Virus record (IMG/VR): IMGVR_UViG_3300017917_002605
Coordinates: 1-46,470 of that record
DNA from: a virus
Taxonomy: Duplodnaviria > Heunggongvirae > Uroviricota > Caudoviricetes
DNA: 46,470 bases
Reading direction: 5' to 3' (one strand)
Shown: positions 25,435 to 35,122 of the stretch, piece after piece
How positions within the stretch are numbered: the stretch's first letter is position 1
Layout of the letters: each line of letters opens with the position of its first letter
Made by a program: the position numbers and the translations under genes
The notes under the pieces: model-generated
Databases searched by the model: none
What the model saw: the letters and a program-made list of their open reading frames with translations, nothing else
Told to the model about the DNA's origin: nothing

Positions 25435-26499
25435 ATGAGTTTGCTTGAAAAATTGAAGAAGAACACCACAATCAAAGACTCTGCCATCCTGGCAAAGTCC
25501 AAATTCTTCTCTGAAAAAGACAGTGTGCCTACACCAGTACCCATGGTGAACGTTGCACTTTCTGGTCGCCTTGATGGTGGCCTGACACCAGGACTTACTA
25601 TGTGGGCAGGTCCTTCCAAACACTTCAAGACTGCATTCAGTTTGTTGATGGCAAAGTCCTATATGGACAAGTATCCTGATGCCGTGATGTTGTTCTATGA
25701 TTCTGAGTTTGGTACTCCAATCAAATATTTTGAAACATTCAACATCGATATGGACCGTGTTCTGCATACACCTCTTACCGATATTGAACAGTTGAAGTTT
25801 GATATCATGCAACAGTTACAAGAAATCAATCGTGGTGATAAACTAATCATCGTGCTTGATTCTATCGGTAACTTGGCATCCAAGAAAGAAGTTGAAGATG
25901 CACTTGAAGGCAAATCAGTTGCTGATATGTCACGTGCTAAACAAGTTAAGTCCTTGTTCCGTATGGTGACACCACACCTGACCTTGAAGAATATTCCTAT
26001 GGTCGTTGTCAACCACACTTACAAAGAAATCGGTATGTTCCCGAAAGATATTGTTGGTGGCGGCACAGGTTCTTATTACTCTGCTGACAACATCTACATT
26101 CTTGGTCGCCAACAAGAGAAAGATGGTACCGAGATTACTGGTTACAACTTCATTATCAACGTTGAGAAGTCACGTTACGTAAAAGAGAAGTCAAAGATTC
26201 CAGTCAGTGTTTCTTTTGAAGGTGGTATCAACAAGTATTCTGGTCTGCTTGACATTGCACTTGATGGTGGTTTTGTTACCAAACCAAGCAATGGTTGGTA
26301 CGCAAAGGTCGACCGAAACACCGGTGAAATCGGTGACAAGAAACGTTTTGTCGATACTCAGACGGCAGATTTTATGGAGCCTTTATTGGCAAGTGAAGAA
26401 TTTAAAGATTACGTGAGAGACAAATATGCTATCGCTTATGGCTCGATTATGGGAGAAACTCCTGTTCTGGAAGCAACCGCAGATGAAAACGCCGATTGA
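25435..26499 (+). CDS. uvsX: UvsX/RecA-like recombinase
   Basis: AGPSKHFKT, FYDSEFG, DSIGNLAS; AAGGAG SD before ATG 25435. Confidence 0.95.
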   Translation: MSLLEKLKKNTTIKDSAILAKSKFFSEKDSVPTPVPMVNVALSGRLDGGLTPGLTMWAGPSKHFKTAFSLLMAKSYMDKYPDAVMLFYDSEFGTPIKYFETFNIDMDRVLHTPLTDIEQLKFDIMQQLQEINRGDKLIIVLDSIGNLASKKEVEDALEGKSVADMSRAKQVKSLFRMVTPHLTLKNIPMVVVNHTYKEIGMFPKDIVGGGTGSYYSADNIYILGRQQEKDGTEITGYNFIINVEKSRYVKEKSKIPVSVSFEGGINKYSGLLDIALDGGFVTKPSNGWYAKVDRNTGEIGDKKRFVDTQTADFMEPLLASEEFKDYVRDKYAIAYGSIMGETPVLEATADENAD

Positions 26500-26806
26500 A
26501 TTTGAGGACTATGAACTGGTAGACTTTAAGGATTCATCCGTAACTGGTGTTGAAATCCTTAAAGGCAAATACAAAGGTGTCATTTATCATTATACCGGTG
26601 CAAGGGTTCTACAGGAAGAACCTTTGCCTAGGTTACAATTCGCTTATGTCATCGTAGATTCAGGCACACATGATACAGAGAGCTTGGAAAACGATGATGA
26701 ATTTGTTACAATGCTAGGTGACATCCTAACAAATATATTGACCAACGAAGCGGATTATAATGAATCGTTTAGAGCTCTCAATTCTAAAGAACCTGATTTA
26801 CAATGA
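26483..26806 (+). CDS. Hypothetical protein at the gp40 position
   Basis: ORF between uvsX and gp41; identity inferred from synteny only. Confidence 0.6.
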   Translation: MKTPIEFEDYELVDFKDSSVTGVEILKGKYKGVIYHYTGARVLQEEPLPRLQFAYVIVDSGTHDTESLENDDEFVTMLGDILTNILTNEADYNESFRALNSKEPDLQ

Positions 26807-28166
26807 AGACTATGCGAGGAAGGTTATGCCCTTCCTCAAGTCTGATTACTTCAACGATAACAACGAACGTGTTATTTTCAATGAAGTAAAACAATTCATT
26901 GAGAAGTATAACAAGTTGCCTACACATGAGGCGCTTGTTATTAATTTTACCGAATCTAAGAATCATACTGATGAGCAGGTAAAAACTGCCATCACTACTC
27001 TTAAAGAAATCGATGACAATAGAAATCAACCAACTGAAACAGAATGGTTGACTGAACAAACAGAAAAGTTTTGTCAAGACCGTGCGTTGTATAACGCAAT
27101 CATGGAATCTGTTTCTATTCTGGATGAAAAGAACAAATCACCGAAAAGTAAAGGTGAAATTCCTAAGTTGTTGGCTGATGCACTTGGTGTTTCTTTTGAC
27201 CAGAATATCGGTCACGATTACACACAAGATTTCGAATCTCGTTACGATTTCTACCATCGTAAAGAGACAAAGATTCCTTTTGACCTAGAATTCTTCAACA
27301 AAATTACCAAAGGCGGTCTGCCAGCAAAAACTCTGAACATCGCTTTGGCTGGTACCGGTGTTGGTAAATCTTTGTTCATGTGTCACGTGGCTGCATCTTG
27401 TTTGGCACAAGGCAAGAATGTTTTGTATATCTCCCTTGAAATGGCCGAAGAACGTATCGCTGAACGTATCGATGCCAATCTTTTGAACATCACAATGGAT
27501 GATTTGCACAGTATTCCTCGTTCTGATTATGAACGTAAATTCGGTGCTCTGAAAAACAAAACACATGGCAAACTAATCATCAAAGAATATCCGACTGCAA
27601 GTGCTGGCGCAATGCACTTCCGTGCTTTGTTGAATGAACTGCATCTGAAGAAAAACTTCAGACCAGATATCATTATGATTGACTACTTGAACATCTGTTG
27701 TTCCAGTAGAATGAAACCTGGTAACTCTGTGAACAGTTACACATACATCAAGGCGATTGCTGAAGAACTGCGTGGTCTTGCTGTTGAATTCAACGTGCCT
27801 ATTGTTTCTGCAACACAGACAACTCGTAGTGGTTATTCCAACTCTGATGTTGACCTGACCGATACATCTGAATCGTTTGGTCTTCCTGCAACTGCTGACT
27901 TTATGTTTGCGTTGATTAGTACAGAAGAACTTGAACAACTTGGTCAGATTATGGTCAAGCAGTTGAAGAATCGATATGGTGACCCCAACTTTAACAAGAA
28001 GTTTGTTGTTGGTATCGACAGGTCTAAAATGAGATTGTATGATGCTGAACAATCAGCACAAGTCGATATCTCTGATTCAGGTCAAGATATTCCCGATAAA
28101 CCTTTGAATACGTTTGGTGACAGAGAACGTGCTCGTGTTAAAAAGTTTGATGGATTTAAAGTATGA
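26760..28166 (+). CDS. gp41: Replicative helicase gp41
   Basis: LAGTGVGKS, ISLEMAEE, IDYLNI, ATQTTRSG, SESFGLPATAD, KQLKNRY. Confidence 0.96.
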   Translation: MNRLELSILKNLIYNEDYARKVMPFLKSDYFNDNNERVIFNEVKQFIEKYNKLPTHEALVINFTESKNHTDEQVKTAITTLKEIDDNRNQPTETEWLTEQTEKFCQDRALYNAIMESVSILDEKNKSPKSKGEIPKLLADALGVSFDQNIGHDYTQDFESRYDFYHRKETKIPFDLEFFNKITKGGLPAKTLNIALAGTGVGKSLFMCHVAASCLAQGKNVLYISLEMAEERIAERIDANLLNITMDDLHSIPRSDYERKFGALKNKTHGKLIIKEYPTASAGAMHFRALLNELHLKKNFRPDIIMIDYLNICCSSRMKPGNSVNSYTYIKAIAEELRGLAVEFNVPIVSATQTTRSGYSNSDVDLTDTSESFGLPATADFMFALISTEELEQLGQIMVKQLKNRYGDPNFNKKFVVGIDRSKMRLYDAEQSAQVDISDSGQDIPDKPLNTFGDRERARVKKFDGFKV

Positions 28167-28726
28167 AACATTATGTCACCGTCTTCCCTAATGTATGGGA
28201 CAAAGATTACTGCAAATCACTAATTGACCGTTTTGAGAAGAACACAAGTCAACATGTAGATACTTTTCTTGAAGGTCATAGACACTTCACTGAAATTACT
28301 ATTTCACAATATCCTGACTGGCAAGATGTACATGATAAAATTTTAACTGATGCTCAACGTGCATTGTTGCCATATAAACAACAACATGAAATTGATGACA
28401 AGGCTTGGCCAGAGAAACTAGGTTTTGAAATGTTTCGCATGAAACGTTATTTGCCAAATGGTCTGGATGAATTTGCTCACCATGTGGATGTAGGCAACTA
28501 TCAATCAGCACGAAGGTTCATGGTGTTCTTTTGGTATCTAAATGATGTTGCCGAGGGTGGTGAAACAACTTTCGAATACAACAGAAATGCCGAACCGTGG
28601 GCAGTTGTAACACCTGAAACAGGTAAGATGTTGATGTTCCCACCACTTTGGCCTTGGGGACACACTGGCAGAAAACCAATTTCTGGACCAAAATACATTA
28701 TTGGCGGATACCTGCACTACGTATGA
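28163..28726 (+). CDS. 2OG-Fe(II) oxygenase (prolyl-4-hydroxylase-like)
   Basis: HVD (HxD), WYLNDVAEGGET, FPPLWPWGH, KYI. Confidence 0.88.
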   Translation: MKHYVTVFPNVWDKDYCKSLIDRFEKNTSQHVDTFLEGHRHFTEITISQYPDWQDVHDKILTDAQRALLPYKQQHEIDDKAWPEKLGFEMFRMKRYLPNGLDEFAHHVDVGNYQSARRFMVFFWYLNDVAEGGETTFEYNRNAEPWAVVTPETGKMLMFPPLWPWGHTGRKPISGPKYIIGGYLHYV

Positions 28727-28728
28727 GC

Positions 28729-28757
28729 TTGCCAAGTAAAAGATTTTGTGTTATAAT
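28729..28757 (+). promoter_or_regulatory. sigma70-type promoter
   Basis: TTGCCA, 17 nt, TGn-TATAAT. Confidence 0.75.
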
Positions 28758-28763
28758 AGTCAC

Positions 28764-29369
28764 ATGAAACATAAAACTCTTTACAAAAAACTGGCTGCAT
28801 TTGCCCCTAAGTTTTACGGTGAGAAAACTATGGGGCAAATTATGTATTGGGTTCGCAAAATGTTGAAACCCCATGGTGTAAAAGTTAATCGTATAATCGA
28901 TAAAACAAATACAGCATTAAGTGCTTTCACGGTTGGTGGTTTCTATGACCCATACCATGAATTTGATGAAGCAGATATTGAAATGTATTTGGTGTTTAAT
29001 GAATGCGAAAGAGATAATGCATTCTTTTTTGATGAAGAAACCACCGATATATTAATCAATGAATTGTTTATCACATTATCGCATGAGAAAAGACACAAGT
29101 ATCAATTTAGAAAACGTGGTCAAAATTACGGTGCAAAATATAAATGCAAAGTAACCGATGAAAATCTGAAACAACAATTAGAATATTATGGTGACTCAGA
29201 TGAAATTGATTCTTATGCTATTGAACATGTTTTAGAATTACAATTACATAAAGCAACTGAAGTAACCACACGTGATAAGTATCGTGAATTGTTTGCTAAA
29301 TATGACCCTAAGATTTACAATAAGTTTTTGAAGAAGTATTATAAGTTTAATCAACAAATTATATTATGA
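28764..29369 (+). CDS. Hypothetical zincin-like protein
   Basis: LSHEKRH (HExxH) plus downstream EIDSYA. Confidence 0.55.
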   Translation: MKHKTLYKKLAAFAPKFYGEKTMGQIMYWVRKMLKPHGVKVNRIIDKTNTALSAFTVGGFYDPYHEFDEADIEMYLVFNECERDNAFFFDEETTDILINELFITLSHEKRHKYQFRKRGQNYGAKYKCKVTDENLKQQLEYYGDSDEIDSYAIEHVLELQLHKATEVTTRDKYRELFAKYDPKIYNKFLKKYYKFNQQIIL

Positions 29370-30481
29370 ATTTGAATAAAGAACAAGCAATTCATTGTGC
29401 AAATGTATTCTCGGATTATTTTGATAAGTTTGGTCGTATCGATGAATACATGAGAGAACAAAAACTGGCAGCAATGGCCGAAAGGCCATTTGTTTTGCCA
29501 GGTATGGGACCAGAAGAAGATTTGTTTTCTGATTTCTCCGTGTCGCCGGCTGACATGGAGTTTGAAATTGTGGAACTACCACAAGACAGATGGGATACCT
29601 ATCTTGATATGATTTCAAGTCACTCAAACATGACCAGTATTCCTGGTCGTTGTTTGCGTTTGGCTGTATGGGAAAAGACCACTAAGAAATGGTGTGGCTT
29701 CATTCGTCTTGGTTCTCCTGTTATCAACTGCAAACCACGTAATGAAATGTTGGGACAAGTATTCACCCAGCAAGAGGGTGGTGCTCAACGTTTCAATCAA
29801 TGTGCAACGATGGGTTTTGTTATTGTTCCTGCACAACCATTTGGTTTCAATTATCTTGGTGGTAAATTGCTGGCAGCCATCTGTACATCACATGAAGTCC
29901 GTAAAATGATGGACGAAAAGTATGACATGACCACGTGTCTGTTTGAAACCACCAGTTTGTATGGTTCATCAAAGACTGTATCACAGTATGATGGTATGAA
30001 GCCCCTGATTAGGTTCAAAGGTCTGACTGATAGTGATTTCTTGCCTATGTTGCACGGCAAGGCATACACCGATATTAAAGACTATGTTGAAGGTATCATT
30101 GGTGAACCTTTGGTTCCAGAAGATGCTTCATCACGTAAGTTGAAGATTTCCAACAGAATCATTTCACTCACCAAGGTTGCACTGAAAGGCACACCTGAAG
30201 GTGAAAAATTTAATCAGACTATCGAAAACGCAAAGAATCTGAATGAACAGAAACGATACTTCATTTCAGATTACGGTTTCAAAAACATGGTAGATTTCGT
30301 CAATGGCAGTGCAACTAAGTTGGTTCCTGGTGAAAACTATGAGAAACATAATCTTGCAAACATCATTGATTGGTGGAAGAAAAAGGCAATCAATCGTTAT
30401 GAAACCCTGAAGGCGGAGAACAGAATCCGAACCGAACAAGAGGTCTGGACTGGTGACAAACCTATTGACATTATCAGGTAA
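29366..30481 (+). CDS. DUF4338/DruA-like protein, probable Mom-related GNAT fold (paralog 2)
   Basis: IVPAQPFGFNYLGGKLLAAICTSHEV, ETTSLYG, SQYDG align by eye with the 6521-7861 protein. Confidence 0.65.
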   Translation: MNLNKEQAIHCANVFSDYFDKFGRIDEYMREQKLAAMAERPFVLPGMGPEEDLFSDFSVSPADMEFEIVELPQDRWDTYLDMISSHSNMTSIPGRCLRLAVWEKTTKKWCGFIRLGSPVINCKPRNEMLGQVFTQQEGGAQRFNQCATMGFVIVPAQPFGFNYLGGKLLAAICTSHEVRKMMDEKYDMTTCLFETTSLYGSSKTVSQYDGMKPLIRFKGLTDSDFLPMLHGKAYTDIKDYVEGIIGEPLVPEDASSRKLKISNRIISLTKVALKGTPEGEKFNQTIENAKNLNEQKRYFISDYGFKNMVDFVNGSATKLVPGENYEKHNLANIIDWWKKKAINRYETLKAENRIRTEQEVWTGDKPIDIIR

Positions 30482-30526
30482 TTTCATTAGGATAAATACC
30501 CAATAAAAATCTTTTTGGGTATAAAA

Positions 30527-31633
30527 ATGAAAGTTAAAGCCGATTCAACCACAACCAAAGATGATTCAGGTGGAATCTCTGGTGCAGGCTCAGAAGTAAC
30601 GGCTCTGGCCGAATCATTGCAGGCCTATGCTTGTGCGACCAGACAGTTCCTTGGTAAACCACTTGAGGACGTTTCTCAGATTACAGATAAAACTATCGCT
30701 GATGCTGATTGCGACCGTACATTAAAACAATGTATGGCCGGTTTGGATGAACAGTGGTTCTACAGTGTGATTGATACCGCCAATGCCATTTTCAATGATG
30801 TGCCTGGTGCCAAGTCTGGTAAACAATATAAGTTTTATCGTGGTGGTAAATTCGTAGATTCCATCTATGACGAATGGAGAAAGTTTAAAAAGGGCAGCGG
30901 TATTACTGGTGATGACAAGTGGAATCCTGCCGATATTTGGATGGTAAAGAAGACACATAAACATCAGTATGGATTCAATACGCTTGTAGATTACAATCAT
31001 TACATGTATAATCTGTTTGCGAATGCTGAATGTATTGGTATTTCTTTGAAGAAGTTGGCAAAAGGTTCACATGCACACTCTAAGATTTTCAATGCAGGTA
31101 AACCTTTAACAGCACAATACAAAGGAATCAAGTTGGGTGCCAATATGACCGATTCAAAGGACATATACATTCAATATAGTTCAGAAGGTAAAGATGGTGA
31201 AGTTCAGTTGAGAAACTTTTCTTCAAGACCGGTGCCTTCATCTTGGCAAGGTGAGATTAAAGGTAAGGCAGCTGCAGGTGGTAAAATTGGCGGCGGCGTT
31301 ATCTTTGAAGGTGCTTTAGATGTTGGTGTTCGTTCATCTAGTTTGGTTCTACCAAGTAAAACACCTATTGATAAACCAAAAGATTCAGATTTCAAAGAGT
31401 TTGCAACCGCTTTTAAGAACCTAACTGGTTCAAAAGAAAAACTTGAAACTCTTATCGCTCAAGCAAAAGCTGGTCACAGACAAGACAAAACCTGGTGGAT
31501 GTCTAAGTATATTGGTGTCATGTTAGTTGATACGGTTCTAAAAGAAAGAAAAATGGATGCACTGTGTTCTTATATTTTCCAGTATGCATCCTCAGCAACA
31601 AAGAATAGTTGTATCTTCATAAAGTATAGTTAA
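30527..31633 (+). CDS. Putative PD-(D/E)xK-like nuclease-fold protein
   Basis: KWNPADIW ... IGISLKK; GATAAATA late box at 30491. Confidence 0.5.
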   Translation: MKVKADSTTTKDDSGGISGAGSEVTALAESLQAYACATRQFLGKPLEDVSQITDKTIADADCDRTLKQCMAGLDEQWFYSVIDTANAIFNDVPGAKSGKQYKFYRGGKFVDSIYDEWRKFKKGSGITGDDKWNPADIWMVKKTHKHQYGFNTLVDYNHYMYNLFANAECIGISLKKLAKGSHAHSKIFNAGKPLTAQYKGIKLGANMTDSKDIYIQYSSEGKDGEVQLRNFSSRPVPSSWQGEIKGKAAAGGKIGGGVIFEGALDVGVRSSSLVLPSKTPIDKPKDSDFKEFATAFKNLTGSKEKLETLIAQAKAGHRQDKTWWMSKYIGVMLVDTVLKERKMDALCSYIFQYASSATKNSCIFIKYS

Positions 31634-31634
31634 T

Positions 31635-32867
31635 ATGAATTTTAAAGAATATCTAACGGAAGCAACCAAAGCTGGTAAGAACGTACACCTTGAACATATT
31701 GAGGATGAAGTTCTTAATCGTGGTGTAACTGGTGCTCGTGAAGCAATTAACTTTTTGCAGGCACTCAGAGATATGCTTGCTGGCCATTCAACAACCAAAG
31801 TGAATGTCACAACAAAATGGGACGGTGCACCTGCCATTTTCGCTGGCATTAATCCAGAGAATGGTAAATTCTTTGTTGGTACCAAGGGTGTCTTTGCTAA
31901 GAACGCAAAACTGAATTACACTGATGCTGATATCGATGCCAATCATCCTTCTGAAGGTCTGAATAAGAAACTCAAGGTTGCTTTGCGTTACCTGCCTAAG
32001 TTAGGTATCAAAGGTGTACTTCAAGGTGACATGATGTTCTCTAAGGGTGATATCGATAAACAAGTTATCGATGGTGTCTCCTACATTACGTTTCAACCAA
32101 ACACAATTGTATATGCTGTGCCTGCTGATTCTGCACTAGCACGTGCCATGTTAGATGCACAACTTGGTGTGGTGTTTCACACATCATACACTGGCAAAAC
32201 CATTGAAGACATGCAAGCATCTTTCAACATTGATATTGCACACCTGACCAAAACTAAAGACGTTTGGTTCCGTGATGCATCATTTATCGATGCGTCTGGT
32301 TCTGCCACATTTACTGAAGAAGAAACAAAACAACTTACAGGTATCTTGTCTGATGCTGGACGTTTGTTCAAACAAATAAATTCATTGACGATGAATAGAA
32401 TTCCTGCAAGTGAAGTTATTCAGACATATATCAAAACATTTAATAACACCAAGGTACGTTCAGGTGAGGCAATCAAAGACACACGTGCTCACACAGTACA
32501 GTTGATTTCTTGGGTTGAAACTAAATTAAACAAAGCAGTTGAAGAAGCAAAGAAAGCAGAGACAAAGAAAAAACGTATTGCTGAGAAGACAGAAATTATG
32601 CGTTTTTTCCGTTCTTATGCTGGCGATTTGAAACTCATATTTGATTTGCAAAATGACCTTGTTCGTGCAAAGAATATGATTATTAAGAAGTTGCAAGAAA
32701 TTAGACAAGTCACTGGCACATTCCTAAAAACTGAGAATGGTTTTAAAGTTACCAATCCAGAAGGATTTGTTGCAGTTGATAAATTAAAAGGTAACGCAGT
32801 TAAGTTGGTTGATAGAATGGAATTCAGTCAAGCAAACTTTAACGCACAGAAAGCATGGGACAAATAA
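31635..32867 (+). CDS. Conserved T4-like protein with ATP-dependent ligase-like motifs (probably DUF6267)
   Basis: TTKWDGAPA (KxDG), LQGDMMF, EGFVAVD, VKLVDR; N-terminus MNFKEYLTE. Confidence 0.65.
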   Translation: MNFKEYLTEATKAGKNVHLEHIEDEVLNRGVTGAREAINFLQALRDMLAGHSTTKVNVTTKWDGAPAIFAGINPENGKFFVGTKGVFAKNAKLNYTDADIDANHPSEGLNKKLKVALRYLPKLGIKGVLQGDMMFSKGDIDKQVIDGVSYITFQPNTIVYAVPADSALARAMLDAQLGVVFHTSYTGKTIEDMQASFNIDIAHLTKTKDVWFRDASFIDASGSATFTEEETKQLTGILSDAGRLFKQINSLTMNRIPASEVIQTYIKTFNNTKVRSGEAIKDTRAHTVQLISWVETKLNKAVEEAKKAETKKKRIAEKTEIMRFFRSYAGDLKLIFDLQNDLVRAKNMIIKKLQEIRQVTGTFLKTENGFKVTNPEGFVAVDKLKGNAVKLVDRMEFSQANFNAQKAWDK

Positions 32868-33148
32868 TGGCAGACGTAAAATTTGATATCAACGCCATCA
32901 TGGAAGAATATGGTGATGATGATTTTGGTTTCACCGCAGAATCGGAAGAAGAATTTGAGGCAGTTATTGCCGAGAAAGAAGAAACTGTAGAAGAATATAA
33001 ACAAAGACTTCAACAGGTTGAAAAGATTATTCTTCCTTTCCTTACAAAACTATTGAAGACTGCCGACCAACCAATCATCAAGTGGCCAAACCGTGGTCCT
33101 GTACTAGAGTCGCAGATTCAAAAGATTTTGAATTTGACCAGGGGATAA
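32867..33148 (+). CDS. Hypothetical protein
   Basis: TAATG coupling; acidic N-terminus, IKWPNR. Confidence 0.7.
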   Translation: MADVKFDINAIMEEYGDDDFGFTAESEEEFEAVIAEKEETVEEYKQRLQQVEKIILPFLTKLLKTADQPIIKWPNRGPVLESQIQKILNLTRG

Positions 33149-33149
33149 T

Positions 33150-33617
33150 ATGTTGCGTCAAGTAGATGGAAGATGGGCATTGGTTTCGAAGAAAACCGGT
33201 AGACCTTTAGCATATTATAAAGGCGAAGGCAAACCATCCGAAGAATGGGTGAAGAAACAAGAAGCCAGAATACAATTTTTCAAACATGGTGGTGTGTCTG
33301 AACAGATTAATGAGGCTGCATATGTTGGCAACATTGGTGCGATGGAAATGTTCAAGTTTTTCCAGAAAGCATCCGAAGAACAGAAAAAGAAATTAAAAAC
33401 ACTAATTGACGGACAGAAAACAAAAGAAGCCTGGAAATTGGTGCAAGATGTTACCGGCGTTAAGTTGCACAAGTCGGTACATGAAGAAGTTAAACCAGAT
33501 ATTCTCCCGAAATCAGGCGCTGGTGCGTGGGGCACCGATGAATTGGTGAATACATATAAGGATGCAACACCAGGTCAAGAAAGAAAGTTAAAGACTTTTA
33601 AAGAATTCCGTAAATAA
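33150..33617 (+). CDS. Modular basic protein, probable internal head protein
   Basis: Short modules separated by E-rich joints; ends in KLKTFKEFRK. Confidence 0.55.
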   Translation: MLRQVDGRWALVSKKTGRPLAYYKGEGKPSEEWVKKQEARIQFFKHGGVSEQINEAAYVGNIGAMEMFKFFQKASEEQKKKLKTLIDGQKTKEAWKLVQDVTGVKLHKSVHEEVKPDILPKSGAGAWGTDELVNTYKDATPGQERKLKTFKEFRK

Positions 33618-33635
33618 TTTGTAAGTGAGGTTGTT

Positions 33636-34505
33636 ATGAAAGATATTGTGGTAGGGTGTATTACCAATTACACCTTTGATAAGATTGCCCCTTGGGTAAA
33701 TTCTCTTGAGCGAAGTGGTTTCGATGGCCTCAAGGTAATGATTTGTTACAACATTGGTTATGATGTTGTAGAAGAACTCACCAAACGTGGTTTCACCATT
33801 TTTGGTTTCAAACGAAACGATGAACAGAAACGCCTTGAATACAAGGACAATTTCAACATCTGTTTAGACCGTTTTTCCCATATTGCCTATTTCTTCAATC
33901 GTTTGGAGAACAAAGAGCAATATCGTTATGTGATTTCAACTGATGTTAAAGATGTAATTTTTCAAACCAATCCTTCTAGGTGGTTGGAAGAAAACATTGG
34001 TGATAAGAAGATTAATGTTGCTTCAGAATCATTGAGATATGTCGATGAAGACTGGGGTAATCACAATCTTTATCAATCTTTTGGACCTTTAATTTATGAA
34101 CGAAACAAAGACAACACCATTTACAATGCCGGCACTATCGCAGGAGAGTTTCAACATTTTGTGGACCTCTGTGATAACATCTTTCTTGCTTGCGGAGGAG
34201 CTCCGCAAAATGTACCAGGTGGCGGTGGACCAGACCAAGCAGCACTTAACGTTCTATTGAATCTGAGTGCATACAGAAACATAACCAACTTTGCACCAAG
34301 TGAATCTGGTTATGCAGCACAATTGGGTACAACTGCTGACCCAAATAAGATTACACAATTCAGACCAAAGTTATTGGAACCTGAACCAATTATTGATTAT
34401 GGAACCGGTGAAGTCAAAACCTCCACAGGAAAACTATTCAGTATTGTTCACCAATACGACCGAGTACCAAAACTAAAAGAAGTCATTGAGAAGAAATTCG
34501 CATGA
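33636..34505 (+). CDS. GT-A glycosyltransferase (PLOD-GT-like)
   Basis: ISTDVKDVIFQ (DxxD), NAGTIAG, DQAALN, HQYDR. Confidence 0.7.
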   Translation: MKDIVVGCITNYTFDKIAPWVNSLERSGFDGLKVMICYNIGYDVVEELTKRGFTIFGFKRNDEQKRLEYKDNFNICLDRFSHIAYFFNRLENKEQYRYVISTDVKDVIFQTNPSRWLEENIGDKKINVASESLRYVDEDWGNHNLYQSFGPLIYERNKDNTIYNAGTIAGEFQHFVDLCDNIFLACGGAPQNVPGGGGPDQAALNVLLNLSAYRNITNFAPSESGYAAQLGTTADPNKITQFRPKLLEPEPIIDYGTGEVKTSTGKLFSIVHQYDRVPKLKEVIEKKFA

Positions 34506-35122
34506 ACTTCAGTTTCGGTATAACAACCGATTATTCTGACCTGAATCGGTTGAATGAAATTAAAGAATCTATTCGTGGTTTGCAAATACCGAATTACGAG
34601 ATTCTAATAATTGGCGGCCAACATCCCGAAGATGAGGATGATACATGCCACATCTTCTTTGATGAGGCTGCCAAACCAAATTGGGTTACACGTAAAAAGA
34701 ATACATTGGCACAGGCCGCCAAGTATGATAACGTTGTTATCTTCCACGACTATTACGTGTTCGACAAAGACTGGTATCAAAACTTTCTAACATTCGGTGA
34801 AGATTGGGACGTTTGTTCTAATGCTCAACGGTTAATTACCGATAAGAGACATTTCACCGATTGGGTTTGTTGGGATTCACCAATCTTCCCACGTTATACA
34901 TCATTACATTATGATGACTGGTCACATACTAAGTATATGTATCAATCTGGTGGTTACATGATTGTCAAAAAGAAATTCATGGAGAAATGTCCAATGAATG
35001 AAGAAATGACATGGGGTACCGCCGAAGATGTTGAGTGGTCTTTGAGAATGAGAGAGATTGCCAACTGGAAATGTAATGGTAAATCTATAGTGAAACATAA
35101 TAAAAGGCATCGTGATGCATAA
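34502..35122 (+). CDS. GT2-like glycosyltransferase
   Basis: YEILIIG, RKKNTLAQAAKYDNVVIFHD, GTAEDVEWS. Confidence 0.7.
   Translation: MNFSFGITTDYSDLNRLNEIKESIRGLQIPNYEILIIGGQHPEDEDDTCHIFFDEAAKPNWVTRKKNTLAQAAKYDNVVIFHDYYVFDKDWYQNFLTFGEDWDVCSNAQRLITDKRHFTDWVCWDSPIFPRYTSLHYDDWSHTKYMYQSGGYMIVKKKFMEKCPMNEEMTWGTAEDVEWSLRMREIANWKCNGKSIVKHNKRHRDA

Noticed and set aside
22851-28166. Inteins, introns or homing endonucleases in gp43, uvsX or gp41
   Set aside because: The ORFs are of normal length and continuous, with no LAGLIDADG/HNH/GIY-YIG or intein motifs seen
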